DNA of 64,000 nucleotides, taken from NCBI GenBank assembly GCA_012520795.1, contig JAAYNP010000006.1, forward strand, positions 4,673 through 68,672, written 5' to 3'. The DNA is from Bacillota bacterium (GTDB taxonomy: Bacteria; Bacillota; Limnochordia; Darwinibacteriales; DTU012). How positions within the stretch are numbered: the first letter of the stretch is position 1; each line of letters opens with the position of its first letter. Below, in pieces: positions 18,308-29,082 of this stretch. The notes beneath the pieces were generated by a model. The model saw nothing but the letters and a program-made list of their open reading frames with translations. It was not told the origin of the DNA and made no database searches. The translations under genes and the position numbers were made by a program.

Positions 18308-18928
18308 ATGATGCTCTTGCCAACAGCAACTTTTCGCAATCTACCCAGAGCCAAACAAGAGGCGATCATCACTGCTGCGGTTGCCGAGTTTGCCAGGTCT
18401 CCCTATGATCAGGCATCACTGACCAAAATCGTGGCTCAAGCGGGGATTGCCAAGGGCAGTATGTACCAGTATTTTGAGAACAAGCGCGAGTTGTATCTCT
18501 ACATACTGAATATGGTCTATGCCGAAAAGAGGCAATACCTTAAAGGAGTATTCGAGGACGATAGTGACTTCTTTGCCACGCTGAAGCGGTATTACCGCCG
18601 TTCTTACTTGTTTGCCAAAGAGTATCCGCTGTATCACAGGATTATCACGCACTACTGGGATTACTGCGCAGAATTTGAAGAGGAGATAAAGTCCAGCCGG
18701 GAATTGAAGGCCAATGAGTTTATCGGCATGCTTGAGGCTGCCATCCGCACGGGCCAGGCAAACAGCGGTATCAACAAAGATGCGGCATTCTTTGTCTATC
18801 ATTCGGTTGGCAAAGAACTCATCGAGAATTTTCTCGAACTATCACAGACCGATCAACAACAGCACCTGCAGTTTATCGATCAAGTGCTCGATGTATTAGA
18901 ATCAGGATTGAGGGCAAGAAAGGAGTAA
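18308..18928 (+). CDS. TetR/AcrR family transcriptional regulator
   Basis: N-terminal HTH (AIITAAVAEFARSPYDQASLTKIVAQAGIAKGSMYQYFENK). RBS aaggag. Confidence 0.8.
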   Translation: MMLLPTATFRNLPRAKQEAIITAAVAEFARSPYDQASLTKIVAQAGIAKGSMYQYFENKRELYLYILNMVYAEKRQYLKGVFEDDSDFFATLKRYYRRSYLFAKEYPLYHRIITHYWDYCAEFEEEIKSSRELKANEFIGMLEAAIRTGQANSGINKDAAFFVYHSVGKELIENFLELSQTDQQQHLQFIDQVLDVLESGLRARKE

Positions 18929-18931
18929 AAA

Positions 18932-20431
18932 ATGCGATCCAAAACTGTATGGAAAAGAGTTTTTGAAATCAGCCTGCTTATGTTGATGTTGGTTGGCGGC
19001 ACCATTTTGGCGGCGGCCAAAGAGGAAACAATAAATATAGCAGTGCCTACTGATCCCGACAGCTTTGACCCGACCCGTTCAGTAGCAGCTGCAACTGCCG
19101 AGATCGCTTTCAATATCTATGAAGGTTTGGTCAAAAGCACTCCCGATGGGCAGCTTACCGGTGCTTTGGCCAGCCATTGGGAGATTGATTCGAGCCAGAC
19201 AGTCTATACTTTTTATCTGCGAGAGGCTTACTTCCACAACGGGACCCAGGTTACGGCAGATGATGTGGTCAATGCCCTTGACCGTGCCCGTGATCCCCAG
19301 ATCAGCCAAAGGGCCGGTAACTACCAGGCGATAGCTTCTGTACACGCCCAAGAGGGCAATCAGGTAGTAATCACACTAAAGGAGCCCTATGCGCCGCTTT
19401 TGTATGAACTGACGGAATTGGCGGCGGCAGTTTATCCCAAAGACGCAGCCGGTTTGGATAACCGCCCGATTGGCACAGGCCCTTACAAACTGGAAGAATG
19501 GCGGCCCAATCAGTATATCAAGCTGACTCGTTTTGACCGGCATTGGTCCGGGCAGCAGCCTTTTTTCAGAGATGTCTATTTCCGGATCATGCCTGATTAC
19601 AACAGTGCAGTTATCAGTTTGAAAACCGGCAATATTGACTTGATTCCCCGTTTGGAGGCGAGTTTCTTGCACCAGGTGGAAAACACCCCGAATCTGGCGG
19701 TCCATGCGGACCCAATGAATCTGGTGCAGCTGCTGGCGATAAACAACGCCCGGCCGGCCTTGAGTGATCTTAAGGTAAGGCAGGCAATAGCCATGGCGGT
19801 TAATCGTGACCAGATTATCGTTGGTGCAGCCTGGGGGCAGGGAGAGAAACTTTACTCTGGGTTAAGCCCGGCGATGCCTGAGTTCTACAATGCAGGGCTT
19901 GAGAATCTGCTTCCTTACGATCCCGCACGGGCGCAGGCGCTGCTTAATGACGCAGGCTATGCCAATCTGGAGCTGACCATGACCTTGCCGGCACCCTATC
20001 CGTTGCATGTTCAAACCGGTGAAATTATCGCCGATCAACTGCGGCGGGTTGGCGTCAATGTCAGGATTGAAATCGTGGAATGGGGCACCTGGTTGGAAAA
20101 GGTGTATACCCAGCGAGATTATGACCTTTCGATTGTTGGTTTGACCGGCAAACTGGATCCCCATACGATTTTGAGTCGTTATGTCAGCACCAACTCGCGC
20201 AACTTCACCAATTTCAACAGCGCTGAATTCGACAGGTTGATCAACGAAGGAATTAGTGCTTCCGGCCCAGAGCGGAAGTCAATCTATGATCAGGCTCAGG
20301 AGATTTTGGCCAGAGAAGTGGCAGCGGTTTTTATCATGGATCCCCTGCAGCTTAATGTGCTCAACGCTGAAATCAAGGGATGGCAGAGTTACCCCATATA
20401 TGTGATTGATGCGGCAGCATTGTACAAATAG
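18932..20431 (+). CDS. ABC transporter substrate-binding protein (family 5, peptide/nickel type)
   Basis: Signal peptide and SBP_bac_5-like architecture. Confidence 0.8.
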   Translation: MRSKTVWKRVFEISLLMLMLVGGTILAAAKEETINIAVPTDPDSFDPTRSVAAATAEIAFNIYEGLVKSTPDGQLTGALASHWEIDSSQTVYTFYLREAYFHNGTQVTADDVVNALDRARDPQISQRAGNYQAIASVHAQEGNQVVITLKEPYAPLLYELTELAAAVYPKDAAGLDNRPIGTGPYKLEEWRPNQYIKLTRFDRHWSGQQPFFRDVYFRIMPDYNSAVISLKTGNIDLIPRLEASFLHQVENTPNLAVHADPMNLVQLLAINNARPALSDLKVRQAIAMAVNRDQIIVGAAWGQGEKLYSGLSPAMPEFYNAGLENLLPYDPARAQALLNDAGYANLELTMTLPAPYPLHVQTGEIIADQLRRVGVNVRIEIVEWGTWLEKVYTQRDYDLSIVGLTGKLDPHTILSRYVSTNSRNFTNFNSAEFDRLINEGISASGPERKSIYDQAQEILAREVAAVFIMDPLQLNVLNAEIKGWQSYPIYVIDAAALYK

Positions 20432-20454
20432 GCAAGCAGTGGGGATGATGGTTA

Positions 20455-21372
20455 ATGAGATATGTTACCGAGAAGATAGTCAGTTTCGCGATCACGCTGC
20501 TGTTGGTCAGCACAGTCACCTTTTTTGGTGTAAACGTTTTACCCAGTGATCCGGCGATGTTGATTCTGGGTACTGAAGGCGATCCGGAGCGGTTGGAGTC
20601 CCTGCGGCAGGAACTGGGACTGGATCGGCATGTCCTGGCCCGCTTTGTCAGATGGCTGCGGGGCATGTTAAGCGGCGATATGGGCCGCTCCATCCGCTAC
20701 AGCGTGGAGATCGCACCTCTGATCAGGAACGCATTGCCGGTTACGCTGTTGTTGGCTGTATCTGCAGTGGGGCTGGCCTTGTTGATCAGCATTCCTCTCG
20801 GCATCGGCTGTGCTGTGAGACAGGGTTCGTTTTTGGAGACAGCAAGTTTGCTCTTGAGTCAATTGGGCATGGCCCTGCCTTCCTTTTGGCTTGGGCTGTT
20901 GTTGATCAATCTCTTTGCCCTTAGACTCGGTTGGCTGCCTCCAGCCGGGTTTACGTCTGGTTATAGCCTGATTCTGCCGGCTTTGGCATTGGCTGTTCCC
21001 CGGGCAGCTGTTTTGACCAGGATCGTCCGAGGCAGCATGCTTGATGCGCTCAGCCAGGATTATATCCGCACAGCCCGCAGCAAGGGCTTGCCGCGGCAAA
21101 TGGTGTTGTACAAGCATGCCCTGAAAAATGCTGCCGTCAGTATTGCGTCAGTGGCCGGCGTCCACCTGACCCAACTGTTGGGCGGGACAATCGTGATTGA
21201 ACAGGTTTTCAGCCTGCCCGGGCTCGGTCAGCTGCTTTTGGCAGCGGCCCTGCAGAGGGATTTGCCGCTGGTTCAAGGCTTGGTTGTCACATCAGCGGCA
21301 CTGATCTTGCTCGTTAATTTTGGTATTGATTTGGTGCTCATGGGCCTCGATCCAAGGCTTCGTTACGAGTAA
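20455..21372 (+). CDS. ABC transporter permease (DppB/OppB-like)
   Basis: Six TM segments. The EAA-like loop (IRTARSKGLP) is present. Confidence 0.8.
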   Translation: MRYVTEKIVSFAITLLLVSTVTFFGVNVLPSDPAMLILGTEGDPERLESLRQELGLDRHVLARFVRWLRGMLSGDMGRSIRYSVEIAPLIRNALPVTLLLAVSAVGLALLISIPLGIGCAVRQGSFLETASLLLSQLGMALPSFWLGLLLINLFALRLGWLPPAGFTSGYSLILPALALAVPRAAVLTRIVRGSMLDALSQDYIRTARSKGLPRQMVLYKHALKNAAVSIASVAGVHLTQLLGGTIVIEQVFSLPGLGQLLLAAALQRDLPLVQGLVVTSAALILLVNFGIDLVLMGLDPRLRYE

Positions 21373-21392
21373 GGGAGAGGGGGAGGGGTGCT

Positions 21393-22190
21393 GTGCGCCA
21401 ACGGAATCTACCACTATGGACTGGTGTTTTTTTTATAGCTATTGTGGCCGTTCCCACAATCATCAGCCTGTTTTGCACGCCGTTTGATCCGGTGGTTATG
21501 GATTTGGATGTTCGTTTTCAACCACCTTCATCAAGCAATTGGTTCGGTACTGACCAGTACGGCCGTGATTTGTTCAGCAGAGTCATGGCCGGTGGGCAGA
21601 CTTCACTGGCTATAAGCGCCGCAGCTGTCGGGATCGGTATGGCGATCGGAGGGACTCTGGGAGGATTTGCGGGATATTACGGCAAAAGATGGGATGAGCT
21701 ACTGATGCGGTTGGCAGAAGCCTTCCTCGCCTTCCCCAGCATTCTGCTGGCACTTTTGGCCGTAACGATTGTCGGTCCGGGCAAGGCTACAGTTTTGGCA
21801 GCCATAGCCATTGCCAACATCCCGGTATTCATGAAAATTACCAGGGCAAGCTTTTTGCAGCAGAGCAAGTTTGAATATGTCCTGGCAGCCCAAGCCCTAG
21901 GCGCTTCCGATTGGCGGATCATGGCCAGGCATATTTTGCCCAATAGTCTAAGGATGATTCTTGTCCAGGCATCGGCCAGTTTTGCCGGCGCTCTGCTGGC
22001 GGAAGCGTCTCTGAGCTATCTGGGGCTGGGTGTCCAGCCTCCTGAGCCGAGCTGGGGAAGGATGCTGCGGGAGGCGCAATTCTATGGCGGCAGGGCTCCT
22101 TGGACTGTGGCCTTTCCGGGCATTGCCATTGCCCTGGTTGTGCTCGGCTTTAATCTTGTAGCCGATGGGCTGCGGATAAAAGGAAAATAG
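21393..22190 (+). CDS. ABC transporter permease (DppC/OppC-like)
   Basis: N-terminal TM segment, then the conserved permease core. GTG start with RBS gggagggg. Confidence 0.75.
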   Translation: MRQRNLPLWTGVFFIAIVAVPTIISLFCTPFDPVVMDLDVRFQPPSSSNWFGTDQYGRDLFSRVMAGGQTSLAISAAAVGIGMAIGGTLGGFAGYYGKRWDELLMRLAEAFLAFPSILLALLAVTIVGPGKATVLAAIAIANIPVFMKITRASFLQQSKFEYVLAAQALGASDWRIMARHILPNSLRMILVQASASFAGALLAEASLSYLGLGVQPPEPSWGRMLREAQFYGGRAPWTVAFPGIAIALVVLGFNLVADGLRIKGK

Positions 22191-22230
22191 ATTCCCGGTA
22201 AGGAATTATTGAGCCGGGAGGTGATGCTAA

Positions 22231-23481
22231 GTGGATTTTTTGCAGGCATACCCTATACTGCGGGATGTTCTGATTATGTGCGGCATGTTAGCGGCAAGCA
22301 CAATTCTATACCATCTGACGAAGCGTTATGTGATGCGGCTGATCCTTGTTATCTTTCGGCAGACACCGTACAATTGGGACGAACGCTTGTATGAACAGGG
22401 TGTTTTTGACGATTTACCATTACTGGTCCCCGCCTTTGTCCTATCGCAGGGGTTGATTTTTGTGCCATCCATCGCTGTGATCGGCCAGCGGCTGATTGCA
22501 GTATGGGTGATTTTTGTTTTGGTCAAATTTGTAGATAAGTTGTTGTCAGGTGCCCTGGATATATACAACTCGTATGAAATATCCAAGCGCAGACCGATCA
22601 AGACTTATGTTCAAATAGTGAAGCTGTTCATCTATATTGCAGCAGTGATTTTGGCTGTGACAGAGTTGATCGGGGAATCACCGTGGCCGTATTTGAGCGG
22701 GCTGGGAGCGATCACAGCTGTACTGATGCTCGTGTTCCAGGACACAATTCTCGGTTTTATTGCCAGTGTCCAAATCAACAGCAATGACCTGCTGAGAGTA
22801 GGGGACTGGCTGGATGCTCCAGAATTCAATGCCGACGGCCATGTCATTGAAATAGCGCTGCATAATATCAAGGTGCGCAACTGGGATCGGACGATCACCA
22901 CCATCCCCGCGCATAAGCTCGTAAGCAGTTCCTTTAAGAACTGGCGCGGGATGTTTGAAGGCGGAGGGCGCAGGATCAAGCGGTCCATCTTGATTGACCA
23001 GACAAGCGTCAGATTCTGTACACAGGAGATGATCGAGAAGTACAAAAAAATCCATGTCCTGAAGGACTACATAGAGCAAAAAGAAGCGGAGATTACTCAA
23101 TATAATGCGGAACACGGGATCGATGACAGTGTAGTGGTCAACGGGCGGCGGATGACCAATTTGGGCACGTTTCGGGCTTATATCAGCGCATATTTGCGCA
23201 ACCACCCCGGTATCCATCAAGGCCTTACCTTCCTCGTCAGGCAGATGCAGCCAACCAGAGACGGGCTGCCTTTAGAGATCTATGTTTTCACCAAAGACAC
23301 CAGCTGGGCTGCGCATGAGGGGGTTCAAGCCGATATTTTTGACCATATTCTTGCAGTAGTGAGCGAATTTGATCTGAGAGTGGCTCAGGATCCCACAGGA
23401 TATGATCTACAGCGTTTAACGGATTTGGTGGGCCAAGGCAAAGGAGCTGATGGTGAATTTGGACAGCTTTCCGCGACCTGA
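22231..23481 (+). CDS. mechanosensitive ion channel family protein (MscS-like)
   Basis: N-terminal TM helices followed by the MscS beta-domain. Confidence 0.7.
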   Translation: MDFLQAYPILRDVLIMCGMLAASTILYHLTKRYVMRLILVIFRQTPYNWDERLYEQGVFDDLPLLVPAFVLSQGLIFVPSIAVIGQRLIAVWVIFVLVKFVDKLLSGALDIYNSYEISKRRPIKTYVQIVKLFIYIAAVILAVTELIGESPWPYLSGLGAITAVLMLVFQDTILGFIASVQINSNDLLRVGDWLDAPEFNADGHVIEIALHNIKVRNWDRTITTIPAHKLVSSSFKNWRGMFEGGGRRIKRSILIDQTSVRFCTQEMIEKYKKIHVLKDYIEQKEAEITQYNAEHGIDDSVVVNGRRMTNLGTFRAYISAYLRNHPGIHQGLTFLVRQMQPTRDGLPLEIYVFTKDTSWAAHEGVQADIFDHILAVVSEFDLRVAQDPTGYDLQRLTDLVGQGKGADGEFGQLSAT

Positions 23482-24670
23482 TTGTTCGGATTTGATTGTT
23501 AGAAAAGGTACAAACTGTGAAAAGTGGGATCGCCTAGACCAAGTTTACGGCAGAGATGATCTGCTGCCAATGTGGGTGGCTGATATGGATCTGCCGGTGC
23601 CGCCTGAGGTGGTAAAAGCGATCAAGCTCCGGGCCGGGCATCCGGCTTACGGTTATACATTCCGTCCTGACAGCTACTATCAGGCGTTTATCGACTGGGC
23701 CTTGAGGCGCCATGGTTGGCAGATCAACTTCGAGTGGCTGAGCGATGCGCCGGGGGTTATCCCTGCTTTGGCTCTGTGTATTAACGCCCTGACGGACCCG
23801 GGTGATCAAATCTTGATTCAAACACCAGTGTACGGGCCTTTCTACCATGTGGTGTCCAGCAACAACAGAAAGCTGGCCACAAGCCCGCTCTTGGAGGATC
23901 GGGGCTATTACCGGATGAATTATGACGATCTTGCCGCCAAGTTTGCCAAAGGGGTCAAGATGTTGATCTTGTGTAATCCCCACAACCCTGTAGGAAGGGT
24001 GTGGACTCTTGATGAGCTCAGGCATTTGGGTGAGCTTTGCCTCGCCTATGATGTGAAAATAGTGGCTGATGAAATCTGGGCTGATTTGGTTTTCCCTCCG
24101 TTTAAGTATCACCCGATGGCGGCGGCCGGTCATGAACTGGCTCGTCAGACAATCACACTCATGGCGCCAAGCAAGACCTTTAATATTGCCGGACTGCACA
24201 ATTCAGTCGCCGTAATACCTAATAAAGAGTGGAAAAGATCTTATGATCAAGCTACAAAACGGGCTTACCTGGGTTTTGCCAATGTCTTTTCCGTTACGGC
24301 GTTTACCGCTGCTTACTGTCATGGAGGGGAATGGCTGGATCAGCTGCTTCCGTATCTTAAATCCAACTGTGATCAGGTTGTCGCTGCTCTCGATGGCTAT
24401 TGCAGCCTTAGAGTCAGGCCTCCTGAAGGCACCTATCTAGTGTGGCTGGATTTCCGCGGCCTTGAATTGGATCAAGATCTGCTCATCCGTATGCTGGTTG
24501 AACACGGCAAGATAGGGCTGAGCGACGGGCGCTTTTTTGGGCGGGAAGGCGACGGATTCATGCGGATGAATGTGGGCTGCCCCCGGTCAATGGTGATGGA
24601 TGGAATATCCAGAATCAAGAAAAGCATTGCCTGTTTGAGTGGGGAAACCGAATCCGAATATGAGGTTTAA
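23450..24670 (+). CDS. MalY/PatB family PLP-dependent C-S lyase (cystathionine beta-lyase-like aminotransferase)
   Basis: GTNCEKWD N-terminal motif, PLP lysine region SKTFNIAGL. Class I/II aminotransferase fold. Confidence 0.75.
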   Translation: MVNLDSFPRPDCSDLIVRKGTNCEKWDRLDQVYGRDDLLPMWVADMDLPVPPEVVKAIKLRAGHPAYGYTFRPDSYYQAFIDWALRRHGWQINFEWLSDAPGVIPALALCINALTDPGDQILIQTPVYGPFYHVVSSNNRKLATSPLLEDRGYYRMNYDDLAAKFAKGVKMLILCNPHNPVGRVWTLDELRHLGELCLAYDVKIVADEIWADLVFPPFKYHPMAAAGHELARQTITLMAPSKTFNIAGLHNSVAVIPNKEWKRSYDQATKRAYLGFANVFSVTAFTAAYCHGGEWLDQLLPYLKSNCDQVVAALDGYCSLRVRPPEGTYLVWLDFRGLELDQDLLIRMLVEHGKIGLSDGRFFGREGDGFMRMNVGCPRSMVMDGISRIKKSIACLSGETESEYEV

Positions 24671-24675
24671 AACAC

Positions 24676-24716
24676 AATATACGTTAGGTGCCGAACATTA
24701 GCTGCGACATAATCGT
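24676..24716 (+). promoter_or_regulatory. possible PurR-type PurBox-like element upstream of the pur promoter
   Basis: CCGAACATTA at 24691-24700, flanked by ACGTT and ATCGTT words, resembles the B. subtilis PurBox core CCGAAC. This is an imperfect match. Confidence 0.25.
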
Positions 24717-24734
24717 TAATTTATCGGAAAATCA

Positions 24735-24763
24735 TTGACTGCCACTCCAGACTTTGATAAACT
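24735..24763 (+). promoter_or_regulatory. sigma-A type promoter TTGACT-17-TAAACT for the pur operon
   Basis: -35 at 24735-24740, a 17-nt spacer, and -10 at 24758-24763. Confidence 0.4.
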
Positions 24764-24803
24764 CTAAATAGGAAAAATCAAAGAGGAACCAGGGCAGGGC
24801 AAT

Positions 24804-24873
24804 GATGCCCGGAAAGGGAGAAATGCCCGGGAGGGTAGGATTCCAGCCCTACCTCCCGGGCAACATTGTTTTT
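24804..24873 (+). promoter_or_regulatory. pur operon leader: terminator-like hairpin with a competing antiterminator pairing (attenuator or riboswitch expression platform)
   Basis: 14-bp stem gcccgggagggtagg / cctacctcccgggc (24825-24861) followed by aacattgttttt. An upstream copy tgcccgg (24806-24812) can pair with ccgggca (24856-24862) and exclude the terminator stem. Confidence 0.4.
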
Positions 24874-24886
24874 GGGGGGAATCGCT

Positions 24887-25384
24887 ATGATCCAAGCGTT
24901 GGTCGGGATTGTAATGGGAAGCACCTCAGATTGGGAGATCATGCAGTTTTGCTGCCAGACCTTAAATGAACTTGAGATTTCTTTTGAGAAGCGGGCTATG
25001 TCTGCCCATCGAATTCCTGATGCTGTGACAGCATACGCCGCCGAAGCCCGGGAGCGGGGAGTGGAAGTGATCATTGCTGCCGCCGGTGGGGCGGCACACC
25101 TGCCTGGCGTTATTGCTGCCCATACAGTATTGCCTGTGATCGGAGTGCCTATGCCTACATCCGCACTTAACGGTTTGGACTCGCTGCTGTCAATCGTGCA
25201 GATGCCGAGGGAGGTACCGGTCGCCACCATGGCTATTGGCAAAGCAGGGGCGGTTAATGCGGCGCTGCTGGCAGCGGAGATTCTGGGCATCAAATACCCG
25301 GATATTCAAGCCAGGCTGACAGCCCGGCGTCAGGCTATGAAGGAAGCACTGCTGGCAGCGGCGGATCTGGCGGATGTTGATTGA
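24887..25384 (+). CDS. purE: 5-(carboxyamino)imidazole ribonucleotide mutase PurE
   Basis: Motifs [17 protein letters not shown] and PVIGVP. RBS ggggggga. Confidence 0.85.
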   Translation: MIQALVGIVMGSTSDWEIMQFCCQTLNELEISFEKRAMSAHRIPDAVTAYAAEARERGVEVIIAAAGGAAHLPGVIAAHTVLPVIGVPMPTSALNGLDSLLSIVQMPREVPVATMAIGKAGAVNAALLAAEILGIKYPDIQARLTARRQAMKEALLAAADLADVD

Positions 25385-25442
25385 AGAGTTTAGTCAACAT
25401 AGTTCACGCATAAGCCGAGATGGAAAGTGGAGGTCGATATCG

Positions 25443-27668
25443 ATGCACAGGGAACCAACAGCTAAGGAAATTGCCGCGGGGAAGCTTTATCGGAGTTTAG
25501 GGCTAACAGATAATGAATATGAGCTTGTAAAGCAGCTTCTGGGCAGGCTCCCCAACTACACGGAAACAGGTTTGTTTGGAGTCATGTGGTCGGAGCACTG
25601 CAGTTATAAAAACTCAAAAAGGCTGTTGAAGCGCTTGCCAAGCCGGGGTGATCATGTTTTGATGGGGCCCGGTGAAGGGGCAGGAATTGTCGATATTGGC
25701 GGCGGGTTGGGTATTGCTTTTAAAATTGAATCTCACAATCATCCTTCTGCTATTGAGCCCTTTCAAGGAGCTGCCACTGGTGTAGGAGGAATTCTGCGGG
25801 ATGTATATTCCATGGGTGCGCGGCCGATGGCACTCCTCAATTCGCTGCGGTTTGGGGATCCTGCAAATGAAAGAACAAGGACTCTTATGGCCAATGCGGT
25901 TGCGGGTATCGCCAACTATGGGAATCAAACCGAAGTCCCAACGGTAGGGGGAGAGGTGTATTTTGATGACTGCTACAGCCACAATCCACTAGTCAATGCC
26001 ATGTGTGTTGGCCTGGTACGCCATGATCACATTTGCCGCGGTATCGCTGAAGGCGAAGGCAATTCCGTGCTCTATGTCGGACGCTCCACTGGCCGCGACG
26101 GCATCGAAGGGGCTACTTTTGCCTCAGCTGAGCTAAGTGACAGCGAAGAGCCGGCCCATGCCGTAGCAATCGGTGATCCCAAGGCAGGGAAAGCGTTGAT
26201 GGAAGCCTGCCTTGAGATGATCCAACTGTCATCATTGATTGGTATTCAGGACATGGGCGCTGCCGGCTTAGTGTCATCAAGTGCGGAGATGGCTCATAAA
26301 GGGGGCCATGGTATTGAAATGAACCTGGATTTGGTGCCGCAGCGGGAAGCGGGAATGACGGCATACGAAATGATGCTTTCCGAGTCACAGGAACGGATGC
26401 TGCTTGTGGTCAAGAAAGGTTTTGAACATGAATATGAAGCAATCTGTGGGAAGTACGGATTGGAGTGTGTGACGATCGGGCGGGTTACGTCCGACGGCAA
26501 ACTGCGGCTGCTGCATACGGGACGGATTGCGGCTGAAGTTCCTGTAGATGCCCTGACAGCCAAAGCACCTGTTTATGAAAGGGCTGCCAACGCACCGCAG
26601 GCGTATAGTTTCAACCAAGCACTTGAGGTTTTGGATTTGCCGGTAGAAAACCCGGCAGAAACACTGAAACAGCTTTTGGCCATGCCGTCGTTGGCCAGCA
26701 AAGAGTGGATCTATAGTCAATTCTATACTCAAGCCATGGGGAACACCCTTGTAGGCCCTGGGATGGACGCTGCTGTGGTAAAGATTCCCGGTACAAACAA
26801 AGCAATTGCCTTAACCACTGACTGCAACTCCATCTATATTGAGCTTGATCCCAGGCAGGGCAGTGCGATTGCTGTTTGTGAAGCGGCGAGGAACCTGGTC
26901 TGTACCGGAGCCCGGCCGCTGGCGATCAGCGACAACCTAAACTTTGGGTCACCGGAGAACCCGGAAGTCTTTTGGCAGTTGGAGCAATCCATCGAGGGAA
27001 TCAGCATGGCTGCGGAAAAACTGAACTGCCCGGTAGTCTCAGGAAATGTCAGCCTGTATAATGAAACCAATGGGAAGCCTATCTATCCGACACCAATCAT
27101 TGCCATGGCCGGCTTGATTGAGGATGCCGGCAGGGCGATGACCGGCAAGTACCAAAAGTCCGGCGATTTGATTGTTATGCTGGGTAGAAACTTACCGGAA
27201 CTGGGCGGAAGCCATCTGCAGAAACTGCTGAAGAAGATACCTTCAGGCCGGATACCCATACTGGACCTTGATTATGAACTCCGGGTTCAGCAGCTGGTCT
27301 TACAGGCAATCCAGGGTGGTTTACCGAGTTCCGTCCATGATGTGGCGGAAGGTGGCTTGGCTGTTGCAGCGGCAGAATCGGCCTTTGGCACCGGCCTGGG
27401 AGTGGAGTTGGATTTTTCCGATGGGCTAAGCGCTAGTGCAGCTTTATTCGGTGAGTCGCAGTCACGGTTTATTGTGAGTGTCAGTTCACGAAACCTGCCG
27501 GTTTTAGAGGCATATGCCCACGACTTGAACATCAGCTTGCAGGTGCTTGGCAGAGTTACCGGCAAGGATGTTTTCCGGGTTGTTTACAATGATCAAGAAC
27601 TGATCAACTGTTCCCGCAGCGAACTTGAATTGGCATGGAAAGAAGGGATTTCATGCTTGATGAATTGA
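25443..27668 (+). CDS. purL: phosphoribosylformylglycinamidine synthase subunit PurL
   Basis: N-terminus [24 protein letters not shown], followed by duplicated AIRS-like domains. Confidence 0.85.
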   Translation: MHREPTAKEIAAGKLYRSLGLTDNEYELVKQLLGRLPNYTETGLFGVMWSEHCSYKNSKRLLKRLPSRGDHVLMGPGEGAGIVDIGGGLGIAFKIESHNHPSAIEPFQGAATGVGGILRDVYSMGARPMALLNSLRFGDPANERTRTLMANAVAGIANYGNQTEVPTVGGEVYFDDCYSHNPLVNAMCVGLVRHDHICRGIAEGEGNSVLYVGRSTGRDGIEGATFASAELSDSEEPAHAVAIGDPKAGKALMEACLEMIQLSSLIGIQDMGAAGLVSSSAEMAHKGGHGIEMNLDLVPQREAGMTAYEMMLSESQERMLLVVKKGFEHEYEAICGKYGLECVTIGRVTSDGKLRLLHTGRIAAEVPVDALTAKAPVYERAANAPQAYSFNQALEVLDLPVENPAETLKQLLAMPSLASKEWIYSQFYTQAMGNTLVGPGMDAAVVKIPGTNKAIALTTDCNSIYIELDPRQGSAIAVCEAARNLVCTGARPLAISDNLNFGSPENPEVFWQLEQSIEGISMAAEKLNCPVVSGNVSLYNETNGKPIYPTPIIAMAGLIEDAGRAMTGKYQKSGDLIVMLGRNLPELGGSHLQKLLKKIPSGRIPILDLDYELRVQQLVLQAIQGGLPSSVHDVAEGGLAVAAAESAFGTGLGVELDFSDGLSASAALFGESQSRFIVSVSSRNLPVLEAYAHDLNISLQVLGRVTGKDVFRVVYNDQELINCSRSELELAWKEGISCLMN

Positions 27669-29053
27669 TCGGAACAGATCGTTTGCATGAAGCATGTGGA
27701 GTTTTTGGGATCTACGGGCATGCCAATGCGGCCAACGTCGTCTACTATGGGCTTCATTCACTGCAGCACCGCGGTCAGGAAAGCGCCGGTATTGTCGCCG
27801 CGGATCATGGCCGGTTTAACGTCCATAAGGGCATGGGCCTGGTTACAGAAGTCTTTATAAATGGAAATGGCGAGTTGTCCGGAGATGTGGCCATCGGCCA
27901 TGTGATGTATGCCAACCAAAAAAGCACTGTTATTGAAGCTCAGCCGCTGGTGTTCAAGTACCGGGGCGGGACTATAGCGCTTGCCCAAAATGGAGCCTTG
28001 ATTAACGCTCCCATGATCCGCCGCCGGCTTGAGCAGCAAGGATCGATTTTCCAGACCAACAGTGATACGGAAGTAATTGCCCATTTGATTGCCCGTTCCA
28101 GGTATGATGATCTGGAGCTTGCCCTGCAGGAGGCACTGGCGGAAATAAAAGGGGCCTACGCCCTTCTGGTCCTTGGTGAAGATCGCTTGATTGCCTGCCT
28201 CGATCCAAACGGACTGCGGCCGTTGGCGCTGGGCCGAATCGGTGACAGTTACTGTTTTGCTTCTGAAACTTGTGCCTTCGACCTGATTGGGGCGGATTTT
28301 CTCCGCCATGTCCAGCCTGGAGAGATGATTGTCATTTCCCAAAACCGGATCCGTTCTGTGCAGGTGGCTGAGGAAAAGCCGGCTCTGTGCAGCTTTGAGT
28401 TCATTTACTTTGCCCGACCCGACAGCAACCTCACTGGAACGATGAGTGTCCATCAAATACGCAAGCAGCTTGGCAAACAATTGGCGGCAGAAAAACCGGT
28501 AGAAGCGGACTTGGTTTTGGGAGTCCCTGATTCCAGTCTGTCGGCGGCCAGTGGTTATGGAGAAGCACTGGGAATTCCCTTTGAAATGGGCTTGGTCAAA
28601 AACCGCTATGTGGGTAGGACGTTTATCCGGCCTAACCGAGAAACGCGCACTCGGGATGTCAAGCTCAAACTCAGTGTGGTGCAGAAAGTGGTTGAGGGCA
28701 AAGATGTTGTCATGGTGGATGATTCTCTAATCAGGGGGACGACCAGTCAAAGGATTGTGCGGCTTCTAAGGGATGCCGGTGTAAAGTCTGTGCATGTGCG
28801 GATATGTTCACCACCGGTGGTGTATCCCTGCTTTTATGGGATTGACATATCCAGCCGTGATGAATTGATTGTAGCCCAAAAAACGATTGAACAGATCCGC
28901 ATGTTCATCAGTGCCGATTCTTTGGAGTTTCTCAGTGTTGACGGCTTGGTTCGTGCCATCACCGGGGGCCCGGATCTTAGCTCAGGCGGGTCAGGACTGT
29001 GTTTAGCCTGTTTTAGTGGAAAATACCCGGTGCCCATCGATCAACAGAGCTAA
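27653..29053 (+). CDS. purF: amidophosphoribosyltransferase PurF (with propeptide and 4Fe-4S ligands)
   Basis: The [10 protein letters not shown]-terminal nucleophile follows a short propeptide. PRT motif [14 protein letters not shown]-terminal cysteines [14 protein letters not shown]. Confidence 0.85.
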   Translation: MLDELIGTDRLHEACGVFGIYGHANAANVVYYGLHSLQHRGQESAGIVAADHGRFNVHKGMGLVTEVFINGNGELSGDVAIGHVMYANQKSTVIEAQPLVFKYRGGTIALAQNGALINAPMIRRRLEQQGSIFQTNSDTEVIAHLIARSRYDDLELALQEALAEIKGAYALLVLGEDRLIACLDPNGLRPLALGRIGDSYCFASETCAFDLIGADFLRHVQPGEMIVISQNRIRSVQVAEEKPALCSFEFIYFARPDSNLTGTMSVHQIRKQLGKQLAAEKPVEADLVLGVPDSSLSAASGYGEALGIPFEMGLVKNRYVGRTFIRPNRETRTRDVKLKLSVVQKVVEGKDVVMVDDSLIRGTTSQRIVRLLRDAGVKSVHVRICSPPVVYPCFYGIDISSRDELIVAQKTIEQIRMFISADSLEFLSVDGLVRAITGGPDLSSGGSGLCLACFSGKYPVPIDQQS

Positions 29054-29082
29054 GCAGGTCATATCTTAAGGAGGCCAAAGGG

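Noticed and set aside
22209-22394. An alternative 61-aa ORF at the MscS start
   Set aside because: It overlaps the 416-aa MscS frame, which is supported by TM and beta-domain features. It was dropped as spurious.
24770-24886. Guanine/adenine riboswitch or ZTP (pfl) riboswitch in the pur leader
   Set aside because: The leader lacks the conserved purine-riboswitch junction words and the pfl core (UGACUGGCG...CCGCCUGGGCA) as I recall them. I therefore report it only as an unclassified attenuator-like structure.
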